From a virus (taxonomy: Duplodnaviria > Caudoviricetes): a stretch of DNA of 64,000 nt. Position 1 is the first letter of the stretch. The number at the start of each line of letters is the position of its first letter. The stretch is from the IMG/VR virus record IMGVR_UViG_3300020465_001196; one strand, given 5' to 3'. Of the stretch, positions 9,483 through 18,695 are shown piece after piece. A program made the position numbers and the translations under genes. The notes beneath the pieces are model-generated. The model did no database searches, was not told the origin of the DNA, and saw only the letters and a list, made by a program, of their open reading frames with translations.

Positions 9483-11318
9483 ATGCCACGAATCAGCTTA
9501 TGGAAACCAGAAAAAGGTAATGATTATAAAATGATAGATCGTGTGATCCGCGAGCATTTTAACGCGGGTGGCACTGGAGTTTTTGTGCATAAGTATCTTG
9601 GTCCTCATGCCCAAGCATCTACTACTGATGCTACACAACCAGATAATTCTGTTGTTAGACCAACTAACATACAAGACTTATTATTTTTAGAAAATAGAGA
9701 TCGTAAATATGATACTGACGTATATGATATGCGTGGAGTATATCAAGTCGCTGATTCAGAGTTTGATTTAACACAATTTGGTGCATTTTTATCTAATGAT
9801 ACAATCTTTTTAACTTTCCATCTAAATGATATGGTAAACATATTAGGTAGAAAGTTAATGAGTGGTGATGTAATTGAATTACCACACCAACGTGAAGACA
9901 TGATGCTTGACATGGCACGTTTAGAATTTACAACTAAACCAGCTAAAAAATTTAGAAAAGGCGAAACAATAACTGGAGCATCAAGTGGTGCAACTGCAAC
10001 TGTAGTAAACTTTAATCAAGATGCTAAAGTTTTAAGAATGGTTACTGATGGTGTGTTTATTGCAGGTGAAACTGTAACTGGTAGTAAAAGTACTGCATCC
10101 GGCGAAGTAGCAAAATTTTATCCAGAAGGTCCTATGGCAATGAACAGATACTATGTTATCGAAGATGCCGCTAGAGGATCAGAAGGTTATTCACCAACTT
10201 GGTTCCCACATATTTGGAGAGTTAAATGTACTCCAATTACAGACAGTCAAGAATTTTCAGATATACTTGGTACTGGTGAAAATAAAGATGATCTTAAAAA
10301 TTTAATTTCAACTTATCAATCAGAAATTGATATTTCTGAAGCAATCGTAAATCAAGCACAAACAGATGTACCTAAAAAAGGAGTTGAAAATAGTCACTTA
10401 TATATTAACAAAGCTGATCAATATATTCCAGGAAAAGTTTATGCACATTGGCAAACAAACCAAGCATCGATTAAATTATATCAATCAACAGATACAAATT
10501 GGCAAACATTTGATTACCTTGTAAGTTCAACTAAACCAACAACAGGTGTTTCAAATGGAACACTTTGGTTAGATACAGCAAATACAAATTGGGGTTTGTA
10601 TGTTGGTAATGGAACTACTTGGTCTAGTCAAGCAGTTTCTCATGTTGATAACGCAAACATAGATGGACAAACAAAAGCACCTATTTCATCATATGCACCT
10701 ACAAACAATTATGCTGTTGTAAGTATTGATGGTGCTGTTGGTTCAACATATTACAAAAAAGTTTCAAATGGTTCATGGGTTAAAATTGCAACTGATTCAA
10801 CTACAACAACATTACTTGGTGTTGATGTTGCTATTAATTCTTCGCAACCTTCAACTAATACAAATGGAAAAATTTGGTTACAACCAAATACAACAGGTGG
10901 ATTAAAATTTGCATTTAAACAATATAGTGCAACTATAGATGATTGGGAAACTGTCGATATTGCTTTACATTCAAGTAGAGATTCGGCTAATGATGCATTT
11001 GGTTTTGCTAATAAAATTGGTATCCATGCAGGAGATGGTACTCCGCCAAATGGTATTGCAATAGCACATACTGGTTCAAGTTTTCCTAATTCATTAAATG
11101 ATGGTGATTATGTTTTAAGAACAGATTATAATCCAAATAGATTATTTAAAAAAGTAGGTAATAGATTTATTAAAATAGAAGATGATATGCGTGGAACGTA
11201 CTCTGCGGCTAACAGAATATTAAATACATTTGTTGAAAATGCAAATTCAAATAGCGATAATGCTGACGGCAAAGAACAACAAGGATTAAGTAAGGCAGTT
11301 AAGCCTAAAACGGATTAA
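9483..11318 (+). CDS. gp14: Neck/head completion protein with large insertions
   Basis: MPRISLWK, DLLFLENRDRKYD, FDLTQFG.FL.ND, LGRKLMSGDVIELPH, WFPHIWRVKC.P..DSQEF core; 611 aa is much longer than typical. Confidence 0.85.
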   Translation: MPRISLWKPEKGNDYKMIDRVIREHFNAGGTGVFVHKYLGPHAQASTTDATQPDNSVVRPTNIQDLLFLENRDRKYDTDVYDMRGVYQVADSEFDLTQFGAFLSNDTIFLTFHLNDMVNILGRKLMSGDVIELPHQREDMMLDMARLEFTTKPAKKFRKGETITGASSGATATVVNFNQDAKVLRMVTDGVFIAGETVTGSKSTASGEVAKFYPEGPMAMNRYYVIEDAARGSEGYSPTWFPHIWRVKCTPITDSQEFSDILGTGENKDDLKNLISTYQSEIDISEAIVNQAQTDVPKKGVENSHLYINKADQYIPGKVYAHWQTNQASIKLYQSTDTNWQTFDYLVSSTKPTTGVSNGTLWLDTANTNWGLYVGNGTTWSSQAVSHVDNANIDGQTKAPISSYAPTNNYAVVSIDGAVGSTYYKKVSNGSWVKIATDSTTTTLLGVDVAINSSQPSTNTNGKIWLQPNTTGGLKFAFKQYSATIDDWETVDIALHSSRDSANDAFGFANKIGIHAGDGTPPNGIAIAHTGSSFPNSLNDGDYVLRTDYNPNRLFKKVGNRFIKIEDDMRGTYSAANRILNTFVENANSNSDNADGKEQQGLSKAVKPKTD

Positions 11319-11323
11319 ATGAT

Positions 11324-12697
11324 ATGGCACAATTTTGGTATGATCAACAAATAAGAAGATACTTGTTACAGTTTGTACGTATCTTTAACGGTTTTCAAGT
11401 TAAAAGCGGTCAAAAAAATGCAGGTGGTACTTCATCTGAAGTATATAAAACAGTACCAATGCGTTATGCAGATATGTCTAGACTAGTTGCACACGTATTA
11501 CGTGGTAATACTGAAAACGCAATTAATTCAACACCATTTATGACTTGTCATATTGCTAACTTAAACGTTGCGAGAGAACGTAGACATGATCCAAAATTAG
11601 TTTCAGCACAACAAGTTCAAGAAAGAAAATATGATTCTATGAACGATCAGTATACAGCAGAATTAGGTAACACATATACCGTAGAACGTTATATGCCTGT
11701 TCCATATGATTTAACAATTAATGTTGACGTTTGGTGCTCAAACACAGAACAAAAATTACAACTATTAGAACAAGTATTAACATTGTTTAATCCTACAGTT
11801 GAATTACAAGCAAATACAAATCCTTTAGATTGGACAAATATAACAGTTGTAGAATTAATTGATATACAATGGTCATCAAGATCAGTTCCGCAAGGTGTTG
11901 ATACACAATTAGATATTGCTACACTAATATTCCAAGTTCCAATTTGGATTAATCCTCCAGCAAAAGTTAAAAAGCAAACTATTATAAACCAAATTATAAA
12001 CAGAATTCACTTAGATGAATCAATGGACGATTTAGTTTATGATAAAAATATGGCAGACTTTTTTGATCAATTTGGTACACTTGAAGAAATTGTTATTACT
12101 CCACAAGATGCACAAATTAGTGTACAAGGTAATACTGTTAGTTTATTAAGTAGTACAGGTGTAAATGAAAACTATGCATGGAAAGAATTTTTTGAACAAT
12201 ATGGGGAATTCCAAGCTGGTACTAGTAAACTTAAATTAAGAAGATCATCAGATATAGAAGATTCTACACAAGACATTGTTGGTACTATTGCATATAATCC
12301 AACTAATGATAATCAATTAATTTTTACAATTGATTCAGCAACATTGCCAACTAATACGCAAACTGCTGTACTAAAAATTATTGATCCTGCAAAAAATCAT
12401 CCAGGAGATGGTACATTGGCTAACCAAGCCACTGGACAACGTTACTTACTTGTAAATGATATTCCAGGTGGTACTGCAAACTGGGGTACTATTAGTGCTT
12501 CAGCAAATGACATTATTCAATTTAATGGTACACAATGGGAAGTTAGTTTAGACGTTAGTGTAAATGGTTCAACAGTACAATATGTTACAAATACAGCAAC
12601 AGGTTACCAATATAAATGGACTGGTACTGAATGGATTGACACATATCAAGGCCAATATAAACCTGGTTATTGGATATTAAATTTAACTGGTATTTAA
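11324..12697 (+). CDS. gp15: Tail sheath stabiliser / tail terminator with C-terminal extension
   Basis: FWYDQQIRRYLLQF.RIF, VP..Y.D.SR.V, MPVPY.L...VD.W, QKLQLLEQ...LFNP motifs. Confidence 0.88.
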   Translation: MAQFWYDQQIRRYLLQFVRIFNGFQVKSGQKNAGGTSSEVYKTVPMRYADMSRLVAHVLRGNTENAINSTPFMTCHIANLNVARERRHDPKLVSAQQVQERKYDSMNDQYTAELGNTYTVERYMPVPYDLTINVDVWCSNTEQKLQLLEQVLTLFNPTVELQANTNPLDWTNITVVELIDIQWSSRSVPQGVDTQLDIATLIFQVPIWINPPAKVKKQTIINQIINRIHLDESMDDLVYDKNMADFFDQFGTLEEIVITPQDAQISVQGNTVSLLSSTGVNENYAWKEFFEQYGEFQAGTSKLKLRRSSDIEDSTQDIVGTIAYNPTNDNQLIFTIDSATLPTNTQTAVLKIIDPAKNHPGDGTLANQATGQRYLLVNDIPGGTANWGTISASANDIIQFNGTQWEVSLDVSVNGSTVQYVTNTATGYQYKWTGTEWIDTYQGQYKPGYWILNLTGI

Positions 12698-12702
12698 TCT
12701 AC

Positions 12703-12710
12703 TATAAATA
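12703..12710 (+). promoter_or_regulatory. T4-type late promoter TATAAATA
   Basis: Exact gp55 consensus. Exact copies also at 26457-26464 (+), 22271-22278, 51566-51573 and 52270-52277 (-); TAAATA cores precede most other structural genes. Confidence 0.8.
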
Positions 12711-12715
12711 CTTTT

Positions 12716-13138
12716 ATGTATGACGCAGTAGGTGCCACTTTTTTAGCACAAGACACAAAAAGAATAATATTTAATTTGCGATCTAATTCAGTTAGCCATT
12801 CTGGCAAATGGAGTTTTTGGGGAGGCAAATTAGAATCTGGTGAGACTCCTATTCAAGCTCTTATGAGAGAAATAAACGAAGAAGTTGGCTTTGTTCCAGA
12901 AATATTAAAAATACAACCATTAGACGTATTTTTAAGTGAGGACAAAAAATTTATGTATCATACTTTTGTTATAATTACACCAAATGAATTTAAACCAAAA
13001 ATAAATCACGAATCAAAAGCATATAAATGGTGTGATATTAGCAAGTTTCCTAAACCTTTACATCAAGGTGCTCGTAGAACATTAACAGATAAAAACAACT
13101 TAAAAAAACTTGAATTAATAGTAAATAGTAGTAGTTAG
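12716..13138 (+). CDS. NUDIX hydrolase
   Basis: GGKLESGETPIQALMREINEEVG Nudix box. Confidence 0.93.
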   Translation: MYDAVGATFLAQDTKRIIFNLRSNSVSHSGKWSFWGGKLESGETPIQALMREINEEVGFVPEILKIQPLDVFLSEDKKFMYHTFVIITPNEFKPKINHESKAYKWCDISKFPKPLHQGARRTLTDKNNLKKLELIVNSSS

Positions 13139-13149
13139 AAACTATTATT

Positions 13150-14283
13150 ATGAAAATTGATCCGTATGAATTAAAGTCAGTTATGGTTGGTGTTACTGCA
13201 AGATGTAATGCTATGTGTCCAGGGTGTCCTAGAAATATCAATGGAGCATTGGTTAATCATGATATGATTGGTACTTCTGAACATTGGGATATGCCTCTTG
13301 GTTTGTTTGAAAAATTCTTTACTTCAGAACTTGTAAATTCATTAGACTGGATAGAAATGTGTGGTAGCTTTGGTGACCCGTGTATGCATCCTAAATTTTT
13401 AGAAATAATGCAATACTTAAAAAATACCCACAAAGGAAATAAAAAATTTTACGTAACAATATCAACAAATGGCTCAATGCAAACTGAAAATTTTTGGAAA
13501 ACTCTTGGTGAAATGCATTGTGATAAATTTGGTGTAGAAATTTTATTTTGTTTAGATGGTGACAATCAAGATAGTCATGTTAAGTACAGGCGTTTAACAA
13601 ACTTTGATACTATATTAGAAAATGCTAAAACATTTATAAATGCAGGTGGTTTAGCAGTTTGGCAGGCAATTGAATTTGACCATAATGAACATGAAATAGA
13701 AAATGCTCGTACAATGTCAAAAGAACTTGGATTTCATCGCTTCACAATACAATCAGGACAAGGTCGATTAACTGGATATTTAGAACATGAGTTAAAAGGT
13801 AAGCCTCATGATTACGGTTCAAAAACTAAAAAACAAAATGAAGAAAATATATCATATGATACTAAACCAAGTTATCAAAAAATGAAAAAAGAAATTGAAA
13901 AATACACTGATAAAAAAGTTGACAATATGCAATGGCAAGAAGTAAAACAAGTACTAACACATATTCCTGTTGAATGCCAATGGGAAAAAGAAAGTTCTAT
14001 ATTATTTGAATTTGATGGAAGTATTTGGAGATGCTGTTATCATGGAACATTAAAAAATAAAAATCAATGGAAGAAAAATGTTATAGGAAGATATGGAGAA
14101 AATTGGAACAATATTCAAAATCACAATTTAAAAGATATTTTAGAACATGAATTTTTCACAACTTATTTAGACGAATCTTTTACAAACCCAGATGGCCCTT
14201 TTAAAAGGTTAACCTCTTGTACAGAAGCTTGTGGAGTTCATTTGAACTTCTTGCAGAAACATCTACCTAAAAAACATAACTAA
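13150..14283 (+). CDS. Radical SAM protein with C-terminal Cys-containing (SPASM/twitch-like) region
   Basis: CNAMCPGC (CxxxCxxC), GSFGDP, STNG, SLDG-like CLDG, and C-terminal C...WRCC...C..C. Confidence 0.88.
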   Translation: MKIDPYELKSVMVGVTARCNAMCPGCPRNINGALVNHDMIGTSEHWDMPLGLFEKFFTSELVNSLDWIEMCGSFGDPCMHPKFLEIMQYLKNTHKGNKKFYVTISTNGSMQTENFWKTLGEMHCDKFGVEILFCLDGDNQDSHVKYRRLTNFDTILENAKTFINAGGLAVWQAIEFDHNEHEIENARTMSKELGFHRFTIQSGQGRLTGYLEHELKGKPHDYGSKTKKQNEENISYDTKPSYQKMKKEIEKYTDKKVDNMQWQEVKQVLTHIPVECQWEKESSILFEFDGSIWRCCYHGTLKNKNQWKKNVIGRYGENWNNIQNHNLKDILEHEFFTTYLDESFTNPDGPFKRLTSCTEACGVHLNFLQKHLPKKHN

Positions 14284-14331
14284 ATTAAACCAAAAATACC
14301 AATAAATAGAATAAAAGATCGGAGAACTACA

Positions 14332-15003
14332 TTGTCACGTATTATAAATTTTGACCAGGCTAGATTAGCTCATGCATTTGAACAGTTTGAGAAAGACTAT
14401 GCTATAACTGATTATATATTAGAAAATATTATCCCACATTTTCATTTTCAAAGTGATATCGATGACCTATTAGATTCCTATCCTGATAGCGATCGTGAAC
14501 GTTATTACGAAACTTTACAGAAAATAAAAGAAGCTGTTAAAACAATGACAAGTGATCAAAATTTAGAATTACGATATGCATTAGAAGATGAATACTTTAA
14601 ACTATTACAAAAATTAGAAACTTGTGATCCACAATGGAAAATACCATCAGTACTAATAAAATATAGAAAAAATATAAATCCTATTAGAGCATTAAAATAT
14701 GAAATACAAGAAATAATGGCTATGTATGAAGTTAATGATGAATACTATATTTGGCTTGTTAAACAATTTCATAATAAAGAAAAAATTAATGAAATAATAT
14801 TTGCTATTAAAAATGATATGGTAAAATTAAAAGAGTTACAAAAGAAATACTTACGTTCTAAAGAAAAACATTCTTATTTTGTATTACCAATGAGTTATTA
14901 TCACTGCAAAGAAATGGAAACTGATATGCTTTCATGGATTAAAACATTTCAAGAGTTTCTAAAATGGGGTAGTGAAGACGATCTTAAAAATCGTTATCTT
15001 TAA
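14332..15003 (+). CDS. Hypothetical protein
   Basis: 223 aa ORF with TTG start, GGAGA SD and an upstream TAAATA core. Confidence 0.65.
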   Translation: MSRIINFDQARLAHAFEQFEKDYAITDYILENIIPHFHFQSDIDDLLDSYPDSDRERYYETLQKIKEAVKTMTSDQNLELRYALEDEYFKLLQKLETCDPQWKIPSVLIKYRKNINPIRALKYEIQEIMAMYEVNDEYYIWLVKQFHNKEKINEIIFAIKNDMVKLKELQKKYLRSKEKHSYFVLPMSYYHCKEMETDMLSWIKTFQEFLKWGSEDDLKNRYL

Positions 15004-17384
15004 ACAACAATATTAATTACTTTAACACCAGCATCATTACTATCTTCTAATGATTTACCAACTATACACCAAGCCGGTGGATTTGCACTTTCTGGTGCAA
15101 GTGCTGTTGCTGTACCACTTCTTGCATTTGTTACAAGTACGTCACCTTTTTTAACTGTTCCTTCTACTTTACAAGGAACTTTACCACGCAATGCAACTGC
15201 TACACCTTCTGCATCTTTGTTCATTAAGTATGCTGGATTACTTGATACAACCCCTGCTACTCTATGATCAGCTAATACTGTTGTTGTAGTAACTTCGTGT
15301 TCTCCACCAAATACTAAAACTGTACCTGGCTCATAACTTGAATCTGGTTTGTATATCTCTGCCAAGTCAGCATATTGGGCCGCTGTTGCTGTTAGTGTTG
15401 CTATATTGGCTCGTATGTTTGCCATGTCAGTTAAAGTTATAGCACCAGTTTCTGCACCAGTTGCCGCTGTATAACCAAATGTAAATTTGTCTTCTGATTC
15501 ATCCCAAATCATTGCAACGTTATCACCTTTTGGTCCTGATTCATCAGCACTACCACGCCACATAACGATACCAATATCATTAGTATTATTAGTTGGATCA
15601 GAATCCCATTTGTTTAATGAAATTAATTGATCTTCAACTGTCATGTTTTGTACGTCTAATGTTGTTGCTGTTCCTGTAACAGTTAAATCTCCGTTAACAA
15701 TAACTGTTCTTCCTGTTGCTGGAGTAATATTAATATCTGTTGCACCTACTGACGTAATTGCATTTCCATTAACATCTAAATCTCCGCCAAGTTGTGGTGT
15801 TGTGTCATCTACAACTTCTGTAATAACATCTAAACCAGATGTCCAAACAAATGAAGTTGAACTATGATCATATTTTAAAAGTTTTCCATCATCTGTTGCA
15901 CCAACTGTACCAACATCTGTTAATGATGTTAAATTAATATTACTTGCTACTGTGTTTGGATCAACGTCTACCCATGCACTACCATTGTATCTTAAAACTT
16001 TACCTGTTGATGCAGATGTTATTGTTACATCTGAACTATCAGCAATTGTTGGAAAAGCATTAATCCAAGCACTACCATTCCATTTCAAATAATGGCCTGA
16101 TGCTTTTCCTGAAATAGTTGTATCTGCTAATTCATCAACTGTATCAATTAAGTTAGCTCTAAATTCTGTTGCTGAAAAATCAATATCAGTTAAACCAATT
16201 GATGTAATTGTTCCTGATTGTGATTTCATTACAATTTGATAATCAACTACACCATTATTACCCATCGATGATTCATCACCAATTGTAAATGTAAATACGT
16301 TGCTACCATAACCAGATGTTTCACCTTCGTAAATTGTTCCAGGAGATCCAGCACCACCAAACGTAGAAGCATAACCAGATGACAATGCATCTCCTTGTAC
16401 TGCTTTTACTACAGCAAATTTATTTGCTGAAAGACTTGGATTTACTGTACCAATATCAACTGTAAATGTTATTTGTACTTTTGAACTAGAATTTACTCCA
16501 GTTAAATTTTTAGTTGCTACTACACCATTTGCGGCGTATGTTGTTGCTAATGAATTAATTGTTTTTGATGCAACTTTTGTAATTGAATAATTTGCTACTG
16601 CAACTGCTGGTGCTCTCCATATAAATGAAGTTGATGAATGATCATATACTAATGATTTGTTATCATCACTTGCTGAAACTGTTGCTACATTTGATAATGC
16701 TGTTAAACTTGCCGCGGCAATACGTGCATCTGCTCTTGCATTTGTAAAGTAAAGATTACTTGAACCTTCTGTTAACGTATCTGTATTTGAGTGTCCAGGA
16801 TCTCCTGGTACCCAAGCACTACCACTCCATTTTAAAGTTTTATTTGTTGCTAAACCTGTTGTGTCTACATCTGATAATGTATTAATACTTGCCGCCGCTA
16901 TTCTGGCATCAGCTCTTGCATTTGTATAATATAAGTTTGAACCTTCTGATAAATCTGCTGTTGATTTTGCACTAAAGCCTGCATTTACTCTTGCATCTGC
17001 TCTTGTATCTGTAAAATATAAATTTGTTTGTTCTGGAACATCTGCTGTTGATACTTGGTTAGCACCTGTACCAAAATCAATGTGTGTATCGTTTACTGAA
17101 TCTGCCGCTAAACTAATTGTACCTGAAATTGTACCTGTTGTTGTTATGTTTTTATTGCCTAGATCCCATCCACTTGTTTTATAAACAAAACTTGCAACGT
17201 TAGATCCACCTGATTCAATAACTATTCCTGATCCACTTGCGTCAAGATTTCCGCCTTTGTTTAAAACAATTCTGTTATCTTTAATATCTGTATCTGTTGA
17301 TGTCGTTGATATCTGTGATCCGGATACTTTTAAATTACCCGTTACAACTAAATCATCTGCTTTAATTACTGCTTGATCGGCCAT
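15000..17384 (-). CDS. Fibre-like virion protein with internal repeats and a C-terminal autocleaving chaperone-like (peptidase G2-type) domain
   Basis: Repeats of T.dL.EGs.NLYfTnARADARI and L.DV.....dgk.L.Y..s..W; C-terminal AQYADLAEIY......GTVLVFGG..E...GVVS.NPAY..N...VAL.G.VP.KV; directly downstream of the capsid gene. Confidence 0.72.
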   Translation of the reverse strand: MADQAVIKADDLVVTGNLKVSGSQISTTSTDTDIKDNRIVLNKGGNLDASGSGIVIESGGSNVASFVYKTSGWDLGNKNITTTGTISGTISLAADSVNDTHIDFGTGANQVSTADVPEQTNLYFTDTRADARVNAGFSAKSTADLSEGSNLYYTNARADARIAAASINTLSDVDTTGLATNKTLKWSGSAWVPGDPGHSNTDTLTEGSSNLYFTNARADARIAAASLTALSNVATVSASDDNKSLVYDHSSTSFIWRAPAVAVANYSITKVASKTINSLATTYAANGVVATKNLTGVNSSSKVQITFTVDIGTVNPSLSANKFAVVKAVQGDALSSGYASTFGGAGSPGTIYEGETSGYGSNVFTFTIGDESSMGNNGVVDYQIVMKSQSGTITSIGLTDIDFSATEFRANLIDTVDELADTTISGKASGHYLKWNGSAWINAFPTIADSSDVTITSASTGKVLRYNGSAWVDVDPNTVASNINLTSLTDVGTVGATDDGKLLKYDHSSTSFVWTSGLDVITEVVDDTTPQLGGDLDVNGNAITSVGATDINITPATGRTVIVNGDLTVTGTATTLDVQNMTVEDQLISLNKWDSDPTNNTNDIGIVMWRGSADESGPKGDNVAMIWDESEDKFTFGYTAATGAETGAITLTDMANIRANIATLTATAAQYADLAEIYKPDSSYEPGTVLVFGGEHEVTTTTVLADHRVAGVVSSNPAYLMNKDAEGVAVALRGKVPCKVEGTVKKGDVLVTNARSGTATALAPESANPPAWCIVGKSLEDSNDAGVKVINIVV
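16721..17040 (-). repeat. Three diverged intragenic repeats (NLYfTnARADARi)
   Basis: DNA similarity such as cttgccgc...gcatc.gctcttgcatttgta at about 16721-16790, 16890-16950 and 16990-17040. Confidence 0.75.
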
Positions 17385-17454
17385 TGTATAATCTCTCTTT
17401 TACTATAGTTATTTAGCAGTTTTGGCCAAAATGTATTATATGCTGTTATAAAAG

Positions 17455-17484
17455 AAAAACCCCCGAGTTGCCCCAGGGGTTTTT
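17455..17484 (-). terminator. Rho-independent terminator after the major capsid gene
   Basis: Minus strand AAAAACCCCT-GGGGCAACTC-GGGGGTTTTT followed by CTTTT. Confidence 0.85.
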
Positions 17485-17515
17485 AATATTTTTATTAGAC
17501 TTTTGCGTAAATGAC

Positions 17516-18694
17516 TTACACAAATGCCGCGTTAGCAATCGCAATATTTGATAGGTAGTCTGCTGAATTACCAAGTGATGACGCTGTGTTTGTTAACTCA
17601 ACGTAACCGTATCTTGTCATGAAGCTTACTACTGGCTCAAATGTTGACGGATCAACAATAACGCCTGAAGACATAAGTGGGATGTATGGGCAATAGAAAG
17701 CCGCCGCATCTACTTCACCTGCACCTTTGTAACCAATTAAAACTGGTGATGAAGCTGAAAGATATGAGTTAACATATACTCTCATCGCACCGTTTAATGT
17801 ACCTACAAATTTAGTGTTAGTTGGAGCTTCAAACGTACCTTCAGTTGTTCTTGCGAACGCTGAAGTTGTAGCTGATTGTAAAATTGTCAAAGCTTCTGGA
17901 GAAACAACAGCCCAGTTAGCCGCGCCTCTTCTAGTTCTTTGAGCAATTAAGTTTGCTTGTTGGTTGATTAATACAGCCAACACCGCGTGTCTGTCACCTA
18001 CATAGTGAGGTGTACCAGTGAATGAACCGTTCATATCGAACGTTGCACCCGCTGTACCAGATAAAGATGTTAAAGAAGCTAAAACTTCTTGGTCGATCTC
18101 AGCCGTAATTTCTTGTGCTAATGCCGCCATTACTTCTGCTTCTACATCTAAACCATGCATTGCTGATGCGTCTTGTGCCGCTTCAAATGTCCAACGTGCA
18201 GATAGCTTTCTTGTTTTAGCTTCTACAGTTTGTTTTAAGATTTGAATTGACATTTTGTTACCAGCTTCACCCTCTAAAGATGAAGTTGATGCACCCGCAA
18301 CTGGTGACGCCGTTGACGCACCTGGGTTTGAAGAGTATGATCTTGCGATTTCAAAAGGTGAAAGTGCTTCAGAACCTGCTGTTACACCGTCTTTTGAATC
18401 TGCGTATCTAACTCTCATAGTGTGAATTTGACCTACTGGACCAGTCATTGGTTGTACACCAACGATTTCGTTAGCGATTACAGTTGGCATCACACGTCTA
18501 ATTATTGGAAGAATTACTTTGTTTAAAGCCGCAACGTTACCGGCACCTGTAGCACCAGTTGTAGCCGCCTCAGCCAAGTAAGTCTTAGTATTCTCAAGAA
18601 CAGTCTCCATTGATTTTGCTCTTTGGCCTGATAGGCCTTCCATCAATGCAGTTTTAGTATCTGTCCATTTTTCTGTGATTACTTTATCAGTCAT
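17516..18694 (-). CDS. gp23: Major capsid protein
   Basis: LP.IRRVMP..IA.EIVGVQPMTGPVG.I, VEAKTRKL.A.WT.E.AQD...HG.D.E.E, EID.E, FYCPYIPL, FMTRYG. Confidence 0.97.
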   Translation of the reverse strand: MTDKVITEKWTDTKTALMEGLSGQRAKSMETVLENTKTYLAEAATTGATGAGNVAALNKVILPIIRRVMPTVIANEIVGVQPMTGPVGQIHTMRVRYADSKDGVTAGSEALSPFEIARSYSSNPGASTASPVAGASTSSLEGEAGNKMSIQILKQTVEAKTRKLSARWTFEAAQDASAMHGLDVEAEVMAALAQEITAEIDQEVLASLTSLSGTAGATFDMNGSFTGTPHYVGDRHAVLAVLINQQANLIAQRTRRGAANWAVVSPEALTILQSATTSAFARTTEGTFEAPTNTKFVGTLNGAMRVYVNSYLSASSPVLIGYKGAGEVDAAAFYCPYIPLMSSGVIVDPSTFEPVVSFMTRYGYVELTNTASSLGNSADYLSNIAIANAAFV

Positions 18695-18695
18695 T

